Source: an uncultured Hyphomicrobiales bacterium
Lineage (GTDB): Bacteria > Pseudomonadota > Alphaproteobacteria > Rhizobiales > Rhizobiaceae
Length of the DNA: 32,942 bases
Direction of reading: 5' to 3'
Assembly (NCBI GenBank): GCA_963922405.1
Contig: CAWUJF010000001.1
Location: forward strand, 1-32,942
The notes beneath the pieces are model-generated. The model did no database searches and was not told the DNA's origin. It worked only from the letters and a program-made list of their open reading frames with translations. This document shows, one piece after another, positions 1 through 8,956 of this stretch. The first letter of the stretch is position 1. Every line of letters begins with the position of its first letter. The translations under genes were made by a program, and so were the position numbers.

Positions 1-262
1 CGAATTGGGCAAGGAGCTTGGTCCCCATCATTTTGATGAAGTGACAAACCCCATCCGTTCGTGGATTTTCTTGGATGATCCCATTGCCACGCCCCGTTCA
101 TCAGGCGATATGTTGTCATGCTACCCCAATGCACCAACGGAAATTGTTCTGAGAAACCCGGATGATTTTGGCGTAAAGCGCATCGGTCATGAAGGCGCAT
201 TCAGACCCGGCAGGGAAGCCTTGTGGGATGAAATCTGGGACTGGTTGATTTCCGAAGCCTGA
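1..262 (+). CDS. C-terminal fragment of a probable alpha/beta-fold hydrolase (5' end off window)
   Basis: The frame is open from the window edge to TGA at 260-262. The tail IGHEGAFRPGREALWDEIWDWL resembles the catalytic-His end of alpha/beta hydrolases. The family call is from recollection only. Confidence 0.35.
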   Translation, partial: ELGKELGPHHFDEVTNPIRSWIFLDDPIATPRSSGDMLSCYPNAPTEIVLRNPDDFGVKRIGHEGAFRPGREALWDEIWDWLISEA

Positions 263-297
263 GAATTCAGTTGCCTGCTTGGCAAGCGTAGTCCGTT

Positions 298-1674
298 CTA
301 TTCTTCGCGGAAAGCCCGGTTAAACTGATCCAGCAAAGGGCGAACGAGGTAATTAAGCGCTGTGCGATCCTGTGTCTTGATGAAAGTCTCCACCGGCATG
401 CCAGGAATTAGCTGCTGACCGTTCAGCCTGGAAAGTTCGTCATCCGAAACACTCACCTTGACTTTGTAAAATGATGCTCCGGTTTGCTCATCCACAACCA
501 CGGTTGCAGAAATACCGGCCACTTCACCGAAGAGTTCCGGCGTGCTGCGCTGATTGAAAGCTGAAAATCTGAGAGTTGCCGACTGACCCGGATGAAGCTC
601 ATCAATGAACTGTGGTTCCACATTGGCTTCCACAACCAGATCATCATCCTGCGGAATAATTTGCATGATAGGTGCGCCCGGATTGATAACACCACCGATT
701 GTGAACACGCTCAATTCGTGAACAATACCGTTCACCGGCGCCTTGACCTCAATCCTCTTCAGCTGCTCAACGGTTGCATGCAACTGCTGGGTCATTTCAT
801 TGATTTCCTGTTCCACATCACGCAATTCCGTCAGAACCGCCTGACGTGTTTCCCGTTCAATCTGAAGCATCTGAATTTGCGTTTCATTGATCGAATTGGA
901 AATTCGCGCCAATTCCGCCTCATGCTCACCAATCTGTCCGCTCAAGTCCTCGCGTTGACGTTCAAGGGAAATCACCTGCGTATTTGTGACCAGACCTTTT
1001 TCTTTCAGCTCACCGATATTCGCCAGCTCATCTCCGAGCATCACCATTTGCCTGGTTTTGGAGGTTTTCAGCGCATTAACGCCATTTACCTGATTTTTAT
1101 ATTGAGCAGCCTGTTCATTTAACTGAGCGATCTGACCCTTCATACTGTTGCGACGGGCTTCAAACAGCTTCTCATGCCCACGCTTGATGGAGTCTTTCTG
1201 ATCAAGGTCAAAAACGGAAAGTATCTCTTCGTCCCAAATGATCGCATCAAGATCATCTCGCTCCGCCACCAGCCTTGATTTTCTGGCCACACTCTCTCGT
1301 AAACGGTTACGGTAAATCTGAAGGTTTGCATTGAGCAATGTATCATCAAGGCGGATAAGGGTTTCACCAGCGGTCACCTTACTGCCATCCGCAATATTGA
1401 TGTTTGCGACAATCCCGCCATCAAGGTGCTGAATGGTCTTGGGTTTTCCCTGCACCGCTACCATGCCGGAGGCGATAACAGCGCCGGAAAGGTTCGCGAA
1501 GTATAGCCAGCCGCCGCCCACAAAAAACAGCGCAAACAACAGGAAAAGACCACTTGCAACGGCATTGCGGCTACTGGTCTTAACGCCAGACTCAAACGGT
1601 TTTTCCGATGAAACGGTAGCCATTTCAGTTTCTGGCTTGGTTTTCTCTTCTTCTTTCACAGGCGTGTCAGACAT
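298..1674 (-). CDS. Type I secretion membrane fusion protein, HlyD family
   Basis: 458 aa with an N-terminal TM segment (GLFLLFALFFVGGGWLYF). The block GAVIASGMVAVQGKPKTIQHLDGGIV is typical of HlyD/PrtE. It has a long coiled-coil middle and a C-terminal beta-barrel region. Its start lies 8 nt after the stop of the upstream ABC gene. Confidence 0.9.
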   Translation of the reverse strand: MSDTPVKEEEKTKPETEMATVSSEKPFESGVKTSSRNAVASGLFLLFALFFVGGGWLYFANLSGAVIASGMVAVQGKPKTIQHLDGGIVANINIADGSKVTAGETLIRLDDTLLNANLQIYRNRLRESVARKSRLVAERDDLDAIIWDEEILSVFDLDQKDSIKRGHEKLFEARRNSMKGQIAQLNEQAAQYKNQVNGVNALKTSKTRQMVMLGDELANIGELKEKGLVTNTQVISLERQREDLSGQIGEHEAELARISNSINETQIQMLQIERETRQAVLTELRDVEQEINEMTQQLHATVEQLKRIEVKAPVNGIVHELSVFTIGGVINPGAPIMQIIPQDDDLVVEANVEPQFIDELHPGQSATLRFSAFNQRSTPELFGEVAGISATVVVDEQTGASFYKVKVSVSDDELSRLNGQQLIPGMPVETFIKTQDRTALNYLVRPLLDQFNRAFREE

Positions 1675-1682
1675 ACTAAATC

Positions 1683-3395
1683 CTAATCCACCGCTCTCAG
1701 GTCTGGTGGTGGTTTTTGCTTGGTAACCTTGGCAAGCACTTCGTTTTTGTTGCCGAATTCTATCTGTTTTCCATCAGACAACATAAGAACTTTATTAACA
1801 GCGGCAATAGCGCTCGGGCGATGTGCCATCACGATAACACAGGAGCCCTTCTTGCGCAGTTCAATGATCGCATTGGTAAGCGCCGCATCGCCTTCCGCAT
1901 CCAGGCTTGAATTGGGTTCATCAAGCACCACTAGTGGCGGTACACCAAAGACCGCCCGGGCAAGGGCTATACGCTGCGACTGGCCTCCGGACAATACAAT
2001 ATCACCACTGGACAGATCAGATGAATAACCGTCCGGCAATTGCAGGATCAGTTCGTGAACACCGGCCATTTTCGCCGCCGCAACGATATCTTCGTCTTTG
2101 GCATCCGGGTCAAAGCGCGCAATGTTTTGCCCCACAGTTCCGGCAAGCAACTCCACAGATTGGGGCAGATAACCCACGTACTTTCCTACCAGGTCCGGGT
2201 CCCATTGTTCGAAAGTGGCATTGTCAAATCGGACACTACCACGATCAGGCATCCACAAACCCACCAGAAGTTTGGCGAGGCTTGACTTGCCCGATGCACT
2301 TGGACCGATAACACCCAATCCGTCTCCCGGCTCGAGCGAGAAATTAATGCCTTGCAAGATGGCGGCGTTGGCATCCTGCTTTCTGTTGCCGGCACCAAGC
2401 TTGAATACCTTGCTAACGTCAATCTTGCCTTTCGGAGCAGGCAATTGAACCGGAGATTCTGCTGCCGCCTTTTTGACAAGCAATTCAGACAGGCTTCTAT
2501 AGGCTTTTCTGGCCCTGATGAAATTACGCCAATTGCCGGTTGCCGCATCAACCGGTGCCAGCGCTCTACCACCCAGAATGGAAGCCGCAATCATGGTTCC
2601 AGGTGTGATTTCCTGATAAATCGCCAGATAAGCACCAAGGGCAAGCATGGAGGACTGCACCAAAAGCCTGATTGCTTTGTTCAACGCGGTTATGAATTCG
2701 GATTTTCCACCAGAGGATTGACCAAGTTCCAGTGCTTTGTGGCGTATCATTTCCCAGTGACGGGTCACATGCCCAAGCATTCCCATGGACATGATAGCTT
2801 CCGCGTTTCGGTAAGAACGCTCCGCAAAATTGGCATCCCGTAGCTCCCAGCCCATCGATTCCGATATTTTCCGGTTCGTGAGCACTTCATTGAGCACAGT
2901 AGCCAGGATTACGATGATAGCACCTGCCGTTGCCAGGACACCGAGCCAGAAATGCAGCAGATAAACAATAATCAGATAAATCGGAATCCACGGTAAATCG
3001 AATAAGGCTGGCAATCCGTTCCCACACAAAAATTGTCTGATCGTACTCAATTCTGTAAGCGGTCTGGACTGGATACGGCCACCATTGAGACCGGAAGATA
3101 TCCAGCTGCGGTTTGTTACACCCATAAGCTCTACGTCAAGACGATAGCCAATTCTGGACAACACCCGGGTTCTGAAGAAGTCGAATAAGCCCATAAACAG
3201 ATAAAGCGCCACGACCAGCCCGAAAAGTGCGATCAATGTGGGCACGGACCGGCTTGTCAAAACCCGGTCATAAACCTGGAGCATGAACAAGGGGCCGGTT
3301 AACATCAGTATGTTTACAGCACAACTAAACAAGCCCACCGAAATGAACGATGATCTGGACTTAGATAACGCCTTTTTTAAAGGTTGTACTTCCAA
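1683..3395 (-). CDS. Type I secretion system permease/ATPase (PrtD/AprD-type, no C39 peptidase domain)
   Basis: 570 aa. N-terminal TMD with LTGPLFMLQVYDRVL, Walker A GPSASGKSS, signature LSGGQSQR and Walker B LVVLDEPNSSLD. TTG start at 3395, with GGAG 9 nt upstream. Confidence 0.9.
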   Translation of the reverse strand: MEVQPLKKALSKSRSSFISVGLFSCAVNILMLTGPLFMLQVYDRVLTSRSVPTLIALFGLVVALYLFMGLFDFFRTRVLSRIGYRLDVELMGVTNRSWISSGLNGGRIQSRPLTELSTIRQFLCGNGLPALFDLPWIPIYLIIVYLLHFWLGVLATAGAIIVILATVLNEVLTNRKISESMGWELRDANFAERSYRNAEAIMSMGMLGHVTRHWEMIRHKALELGQSSGGKSEFITALNKAIRLLVQSSMLALGAYLAIYQEITPGTMIAASILGGRALAPVDAATGNWRNFIRARKAYRSLSELLVKKAAAESPVQLPAPKGKIDVSKVFKLGAGNRKQDANAAILQGINFSLEPGDGLGVIGPSASGKSSLAKLLVGLWMPDRGSVRFDNATFEQWDPDLVGKYVGYLPQSVELLAGTVGQNIARFDPDAKDEDIVAAAKMAGVHELILQLPDGYSSDLSSGDIVLSGGQSQRIALARAVFGVPPLVVLDEPNSSLDAEGDAALTNAIIELRKKGSCVIVMAHRPSAIAAVNKVLMLSDGKQIEFGNKNEVLAKVTKQKPPPDLRAVD

Positions 3396-3543
3396 TTCAT
3401 GATGCTCCGGTAGCTAATGTTCTGCACATGTCATTGCTGGGAGAAATAAATAGGAGCTTCCAGCCGCATTACAATAATACGACTTCCTTAGTATAAAATG
3501 AATGGATTGTGGGATTAATCGCACTAAAATTGTGTGTACACGC

Positions 3544-3576
3544 GTAATGTTAGGTCAAAATTGACGTAAACATTAC
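3544..3576. promoter_or_regulatory. 33-bp near-perfect palindrome (candidate operator or hairpin terminator)
   Basis: GTAATGTT-AG-GTCAA-AA-TTGAC-GTA-AACATTAC: 8-bp outer arms plus 5-bp inner arms. It overlaps the stop codon of the small Arg-rich ORF and lies about 150 bp upstream of the T1SS ABC start. A second palindrome, GTGTACAC, sits at 3534-3541. Confidence 0.25.
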
Positions 3577-3725
3577 TTCTGATTTTTGGCCCTGCGGTCG
3601 GAACCAGAACGGCGATCGGTACTCGAACGGCGTTCGCCCATCTGAGTTTGCTCCTCAATCGGTCTCGTGTCGCTGCCCGACCGTCTTTCACCCTTTCGAC
3701 GTCCGGAAACTGATGGCTTTTTCAT
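3573..3725 (-). CDS. Small, very basic Arg/Ser-rich repeat protein, unknown function
   Basis: The ORF extends up to 3764 (63 aa). The ATG at 3725 (50 aa) is preceded by GGAGGG about 10 nt upstream, while the 3764 ATG has no SD. Sequence repeats: GERRSGSDTR, GERRSSTDRR, SGSDRR. Confidence 0.45.
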   Translation of the reverse strand: MKKPSVSGRRKGERRSGSDTRPIEEQTQMGERRSSTDRRSGSDRRAKNQK

Positions 3726-3936
3726 CTTTTTATTACCCTCCGCGAATTCGTATGTATTGTACATGAAACATCGTTAATAACGGGTTTAAATCTGAGGCCA
3801 TGCTTGATTTTTACTGTCATTCGCGTGAAGCATTCCGCTTCTAGAAATCTCGATATTGATACGACACAAATGCCGTATTCAGAGATTGTTTTCATCAACA
3901 GTTCAGCGATCTTGTTGCAAGTAATACAGGAAAACC

Positions 3937-5265
3937 ATGACTAATGTAGAGACCGTTACCGAAACCGTTGAGGTGCGCGTGAGCGCCACCCCGATTGCCA
4001 TGTCCGGCATCATTGTTTCAATGATGTTCATGGCAGCTGCTTCCGGTCTTGGATTTGCTTATATACCGATCAGATTGGCTGAACTGGGTTTCGAGGCCTG
4101 GGTGGCATCGGCCATGTTTCCTGCCTTGTCATTCGGCGGGCTGATAGGATGCCTGGTCACAGGTTGGATGCTGCGGCAGTCCGGTCATGCACGCATTTTC
4201 ATGACCTTTTACGCAATTATCATACTGTCTTTCCTGCTCATCCTGATTTTTGATAATCCGGCCGTTTGGGTATTCTCCCGCATTCTCTATGGTTTTGGCA
4301 TCAACGGGGCTTTCATCGTGGCTCAAAGCTGGTTGCATGACAGTTGCACGGATGCAATCCGCGGTAGAGTAATATCCTTTTTCTACGTTAGTTACGTGGT
4401 TTCACTGGGATTTGGATCGTTCATGATCGGCTATCTGGATGTGGAGAGCCACATTCCCATGGCGATTTGCGTTTGCCTGGTTACCGCAGCTATCCTGCCT
4501 GTCGGCCTCACCCGGTTGCGTCAACCCGAAGCCCCGGAGGGAATAAACATACAAATCAGGAAGTTATGGAGTGTTTCACCCGTGGGTCTGATGGGCATGC
4601 TTTGCGTAGGCGGCCTCACCATGACATTACAGGGTTTCGCCCCGATTTACGCTGGCTCACTGGATCTCAAACCTGCCGATATCGGTCTTCTGATGCTGAT
4701 GATGCAAATGGGATTGCTGGTTGTTCAGCTCCCCATGGGTGCCTTGTCTGATGTCATTGACCGCCGCTTTGTTCTGATGATTGTCTCAACAATGTCTATA
4801 ACGCTTGGCATCATCGCGCTGCTGACAGAATCAAATCTGAATTTCTTCCTTTTGGTTCTGGTGTTCGCGCTCTGGTCTGGTTCAATTGAAACATTTTACT
4901 CCGTATCAAGTGCACTGGCGAACGATCGGGCAGATCCCAAAGACTATGTATTCCTGTCATCAACCCAAATGCTGGTATGGTCTTTCGGTGCTTTCATCGT
5001 CCCGATGATGTCCACAGTGTTACTGTTCTATTTCCCCGTTACCGTGTTTATGTGGATACTGCTCGGTATTTCAGTGTTCTTCGCTAACTTCGTTTTCTTG
5101 CGGATCATGGTCAACCGTGCCGTCAATGGTTCTGAGCAGGAGAAATTCCGGTACACCACTGCGCAAGTTGTGCACACAGGCGAATATTACAATCCTGAAG
5201 CGATTGCAGAGGCTATTTTCGAAAGTGAAGAAAATGCCGGTGTTTCCGAGGGGCTGACAAATTAG
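3937..5265 (+). CDS. MFS transporter
   Basis: 442 aa with about 12 predicted hydrophobic helices in a 6+6 layout and a central loop (RLRQPEAPEG). AGGAAAA lies upstream of the ATG. Confidence 0.8.
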   Translation: MTNVETVTETVEVRVSATPIAMSGIIVSMMFMAAASGLGFAYIPIRLAELGFEAWVASAMFPALSFGGLIGCLVTGWMLRQSGHARIFMTFYAIIILSFLLILIFDNPAVWVFSRILYGFGINGAFIVAQSWLHDSCTDAIRGRVISFFYVSYVVSLGFGSFMIGYLDVESHIPMAICVCLVTAAILPVGLTRLRQPEAPEGINIQIRKLWSVSPVGLMGMLCVGGLTMTLQGFAPIYAGSLDLKPADIGLLMLMMQMGLLVVQLPMGALSDVIDRRFVLMIVSTMSITLGIIALLTESNLNFFLLVLVFALWSGSIETFYSVSSALANDRADPKDYVFLSSTQMLVWSFGAFIVPMMSTVLLFYFPVTVFMWILLGISVFFANFVFLRIMVNRAVNGSEQEKFRYTTAQVVHTGEYYNPEAIAEAIFESEENAGVSEGLTN

Positions 5266-5296
5266 ACCTGGCCTGATTGGTGGCTGAAAACGGGTT

Positions 5297-5476
5297 TCAG
5301 TCGCGGTCCACCGGACGGTAAACCCCGTCCTCATCCTGTTTCAGAACGGTTTTTTCTTCCGCCTTTTTTTCCGCTTCCCGCACTTCTGCGTTGACACGTG
5401 CCATTTCACGCTTGAAAGCCCGATAGCCAATCCAAAGCACGCCGCCAATGAGACCGAGTGCAATTAGTTGTGGCAT
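5297..5476 (-). CDS. Small single-pass membrane protein (59 aa), not in supplied ORF track
   Basis: Hand translation gives MPQLIALGLIGGVLWIGYRAFKREMARVNAEVREAEKKAEEKTVLKQDEDGVYRPVDRD. The SD is very strong (AAGAGGAGGAAAAA immediately before the ATG at 5476). The start is 24 nt downstream of the S49 peptidase stop, on the same strand. Confidence 0.6.
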   Translation of the reverse strand: MPQLIALGLIGGVLWIGYRAFKREMARVNAEVREAEKKAEEKTVLKQDEDGVYRPVDRD

Positions 5477-5500
5477 TTTTTCCTCCTCTTAATTCGGCAG

Positions 5501-6355
5501 TTAAAGTCCGTAACGAGCGAGCAACGCTTTTTCTTCTGCGGTTGTCACTGCAGCATTTATCACAGAAGAGCCCATCTCATCTGAAGCAAATATCCCGTTT
5601 CCTCCAGTAGGACGACCCATAAAGTTTCGTTTGGGTTGCACTAGTTTTAGCTTGGCATCTTCCCCGTACCGGTCTTTGATAACGGTGGCCGGATGCCCGA
5701 AATAATCAACCAGCCCCAGATCCTTTGCCCGAAGACCTGTCCAGAACTTTCCTGTGAAAATATCATCGTCATCGCCAAGCTTGTCGCCGCGACGTTCTTT
5801 CACCATATCGATGAAAACCTGATGAATTTCCAGTTGCAATTCCTTCAGATAATCAATGTCACCCTTCTTTTCAGGCTGGAATGGATCAAGCGAAACCTTG
5901 TTTTTGCCAGCTGTATAAACACGCCGGTCGATGCCCAGCTTCTCAAGCGCCTTGTCAAACCCGAAGCCAGCTGAAACCACGCCAATTGAACCCACAATGG
6001 AGCATTCATCCACGAAAATTTCGTCACCCGCTATGGCAAGCATGTATCCGCCTGAGGCAGCCACGTCTTCCACAAACACGAGAACTTCTTTTTCATGTTT
6101 ATCGGCCAATTCACGGATGCGCGTGTAAATCAGGCGGGACTGAACAGGTGAACCACCCGGAGAGTTGATTGTAAGAACAACCGCAGGGGCTGATTTTATG
6201 CTGAATGCCTTTTCAAGCAATCCGGCAACACTTGCCAGCGAAAGTGTCCGAGATAGGGGTCCTCCGCCACTTGCAATAGCACCGGCAAGGCGAACGGCAG
6301 GGATCAAGGTATCTTTCTTACCAAGTTTACCGGGAAGGTATTTTCTGAGACTCAT
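5501..6355 (-). CDS. S49 family peptidase (SppA/SohB-like, short form)
   Basis: 284 aa. Blocks INSPGGSPVQS and AASGGYMLA (Ser nucleophile region) are typical of signal peptide peptidase A-type S49 proteins. Confidence 0.85.
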   Translation of the reverse strand: MSLRKYLPGKLGKKDTLIPAVRLAGAIASGGGPLSRTLSLASVAGLLEKAFSIKSAPAVVLTINSPGGSPVQSRLIYTRIRELADKHEKEVLVFVEDVAASGGYMLAIAGDEIFVDECSIVGSIGVVSAGFGFDKALEKLGIDRRVYTAGKNKVSLDPFQPEKKGDIDYLKELQLEIHQVFIDMVKERRGDKLGDDDDIFTGKFWTGLRAKDLGLVDYFGHPATVIKDRYGEDAKLKLVQPKRNFMGRPTGGNGIFASDEMGSSVINAAVTTAEEKALLARYGL

Positions 6356-6460
6356 GAACAGATTCCGGATATGTAATTCATGACAAACACATGGACATGT
6401 AAGTGTTGGATTACAAGAGTTAATCCTGCGATATGGGCCAATTTAGAGTGACGGGTTTGA

Positions 6461-7327
6461 TTAGTTGCCGAAGCTTAATCTGCCGGAACCATCGAAAATT
6501 GCTTCCGCTTCCGGTGTGAAACTTCCATCGTCATTGTGAACCACAAAACCGGGAACAATAGACATCGGTGCACGTGATCCACGGATACCTCTGACAATCA
6601 CTCTTTTTGCCGGTTCATTTTGGCTCGAATGGACCGGCATAATTTCAAGACCTCCAAAACGACCTTGGGAACATGCCAGGACTTCGCCGAGATTTTCGGT
6701 CCTGTAAATGAGCACCATCATCGCACCCTGCCGCGCTATGGCGGAGGCTGTTCTGAACCACGCATCAATTCCGCCTTCACCCATCATGAAAGCTTCAATC
6801 TTCATAGGATCTCTGGGTGGTTGGTCTCGTTTTATATTGTAGGGTGGATTCATGATCACATAATCCACACTTTCCGCTTCAAGACCGGCTTTTGTCCGGT
6901 CTGCACCGCTGAGCGTTGCGTCAGCCTCAAGAACCTTCACCCTGGATCGCAAGTTCATGTTTGTTGAAAGAAGTACCGAACGGCGCGCACACTCGGCCAT
7001 TTCCGGGTGTTTTTCAATTGCCAGAAGATCAAGGTCACGATTGAGATTTAACGCAGCAAGACCGGCTACTCCTGCACCTGCGCCGAGATCTGCAAGCGTA
7101 CCTGACACACCTTCAGGTAGTGCGGCGGCGATCAAAAGCGCATCCAGACCACTCCGGTAACCTTTATCGACCGGTTGCATCACTTCAAATGCACCTCGGT
7201 GAAATTTGTCCTGGCTCGTTTTCAAACCAAAAGTACCATCGTTTTGAGGCTCGTTTTCCTTAACTGCTAGTATAGACATTTTCGCATCCACTCGCGGTAC
7301 AGTCTGCCTCCACAACCGCTGTACCAT
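6461..7327 (-). CDS. SAM-dependent N6-adenine-type methyltransferase (tRNA1(Val) m6A37 YfiC-like)
   Basis: Motif I is DLGAGAGVAGLA and motif IV is MNPPY. An alternative start is the ATG at 7279. Confidence 0.75.
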   Translation of the reverse strand: MVQRLWRQTVPRVDAKMSILAVKENEPQNDGTFGLKTSQDKFHRGAFEVMQPVDKGYRSGLDALLIAAALPEGVSGTLADLGAGAGVAGLAALNLNRDLDLLAIEKHPEMAECARRSVLLSTNMNLRSRVKVLEADATLSGADRTKAGLEAESVDYVIMNPPYNIKRDQPPRDPMKIEAFMMGEGGIDAWFRTASAIARQGAMMVLIYRTENLGEVLACSQGRFGGLEIMPVHSSQNEPAKRVIVRGIRGSRAPMSIVPGFVVHNDDGSFTPEAEAIFDGSGRLSFGN

Positions 7328-7333
7328 CTTTCA

Positions 7334-7564
7334 TTATCGTTTTTTACTCGTCAATTCTTTAGTTAGACCGGCATCGGCCATCAAACCCTGAGCTGCAGAT
7401 AAAAGGCTCTCATCCACCATTATCCGCCTTGGAATGATCCCCAATGAACCTTCTAAAATGCTCATGTTTTGATCAAGAATTAGATATTCTATGTTTGCAT
7501 CTTTCAACAAGCACTCCACGAAAGAGATTGTTACAAGATCATTTGTAGCCAATAACTCTCGCAT
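7334..7564 (-). CDS. DUF2007-like small protein
   Basis: 76 aa. MRELLATNDLVTISFVECLLKDANIEYLILDQNMSILEGSLGIIPRRIMV matches my recollection of DUF2007 proteins that precede this methyltransferase in alphaproteobacteria. Confidence 0.65.
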   Translation of the reverse strand: MRELLATNDLVTISFVECLLKDANIEYLILDQNMSILEGSLGIIPRRIMVDESLLSAAQGLMADAGLTKELTSKKR

Positions 7565-7737
7565 GTTTACTCATCCAGAAATGCGGCACTTTCAATTAGC
7601 AAGAAAAGCGTCGTGAATAGAATCATTTGCAGTCACGTTACAGTGATAACAAGCGTAGTGTCGCAGTTGGGCATTTTTCACTTGTGCCAATCGAATTGTA
7701 TTCTTATGTAAAAGCTTAACAAAAAAGGTCATTCAAT

Positions 7738-8757
7738 ATGTCGGGCGTTGTAATTTCACTGGATAATAAAAAAGCTGCGAAAGCGAGCATAGCACCTCTG
7801 GTAGAGCTTGTTAAGGCAGATATGGAGCGGGTGAACACCCTCATTCTCTCCAAAACCGGGTCCGAGGTTCAGATGATCCCGGAAGTCGCCAAACATTTGA
7901 TCGATTCAGGTGGTAAAAGACTTCGACCGATGATTACACTCGCTGCAGCGCAAATGTGCGGCTATGAAGGTAATGGTCATGTTACCCTGGCAGCCAGTGT
8001 CGAGTTCATGCATACTGCCACTTTGCTTCATGATGATGTGGTCGATGAAAGCGACATGCGGCGCGGCAAATTAGCCGCCAGAATGCTGTGGGGCAACGAA
8101 GCCAGTGTTCTGGTCGGAGATTTTTTGCTCGGTCAGGCCTTCAGAATGATGGTGGAAGTGGGTTCGCTCCCGGCACTTGATGTTCTGTCGCATGCCGCAA
8201 CGGTGATAGCAGAAGGAGAGGTACTCCAGCTTGCTGCTGCCAAGAACCTTGAAACCACAGAAGATCAGTACATGGAAGTGATCCGGTCAAAGACAGCCGC
8301 ATTGTTTGCAGCCGCCGCTGAAGTGGGCCCGATCATAGCGGAAGACACTCAGGCTCGCATAAACGGATTGCGTTCATTCGGTAATAATCTCGGAATAACC
8401 TTCCAGTTGATCGACGATGCTCTGGACTATGGTGGCAACGCCGCCGATCTTGGCAAAAACATCGGTGATGATTTCAGGGAAGGTAAAGTTACACTGCCGG
8501 TACTTCTGGCCTATGGTCGCGGTGACGACGCTGAACGCAAGTTCTGGCAGGACGCTGTTGAAAACGGAAAAACCGGAGATGAAGAATTGGCCAGAGCTGT
8601 GGAATTACTGGCCAAACACAACGCGATCAAGGATACAATAACGCGTGCAAGACACTATTCCGAAATGGCGAAGGATGCGCTGGGCCCATTCCCGGAATCT
8701 GAATATAAAAGCGCCCTTATTGATGTTTTGGAGTTTTGTATCAGCCGCGCTAGCTGA
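7738..8757 (+). CDS. ispB: Polyprenyl (octaprenyl) diphosphate synthase
   Basis: 339 aa with two Asp-rich motifs, LLHDDVVDESDMRRG and FQLIDDALDY. Confidence 0.9.
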   Translation: MSGVVISLDNKKAAKASIAPLVELVKADMERVNTLILSKTGSEVQMIPEVAKHLIDSGGKRLRPMITLAAAQMCGYEGNGHVTLAASVEFMHTATLLHDDVVDESDMRRGKLAARMLWGNEASVLVGDFLLGQAFRMMVEVGSLPALDVLSHAATVIAEGEVLQLAAAKNLETTEDQYMEVIRSKTAALFAAAAEVGPIIAEDTQARINGLRSFGNNLGITFQLIDDALDYGGNAADLGKNIGDDFREGKVTLPVLLAYGRGDDAERKFWQDAVENGKTGDEELARAVELLAKHNAIKDTITRARHYSEMAKDALGPFPESEYKSALIDVLEFCISRAS

Positions 8758-8956
8758 TCGTGCCATGTTTCGGGCAAATCGTGCCCTTCAGGTTCATGTC
8801 TTCTTAACCGGAAGGGTTCTAGGCTAGAAACTGTTAATTTTCCGGCTTCGACCCGGGATATTATTGCAAAAACGTGAATTCCACCTAAGTTTTGTTGAGT
8901 GGAGTTTTTTAAAAACTTCATGCATGATCAACAAAAGATCGTATCGAGGAATATTG

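Noticed and set aside
592-1122. 176-aa ORF antisense to the HlyD gene
   Set aside because: It lies entirely inside a well-supported CDS on the opposite strand and has an odd composition (Phe/Ile/Asn/His-rich). This is a typical shadow ORF.
3774-3789. CtrA-box-like TTAA..TTAA in the small-gene/MFS divergent region (and TTAA-N10-TTAA at 28377-28394)
   Set aside because: The spacers are 8 and 10 nt, not the 7 nt required for TTAA-N7-TTAA. AT-rich promoter DNA produces such near-matches by chance.
5071-5334. 87-aa minus-strand ORF spanning the MFS 3' end
   Set aside because: It overlaps the MFS CDS and is out of frame with the RBS-supported 59-aa ORF. It has no SD.
8864-8956. Upstream start for the TPR protein
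   Set aside because: The ATG at 8957 has a GAGGA SD and gives a signal peptide at the very N-terminus. The extension is not hydrophobic or signal-like.
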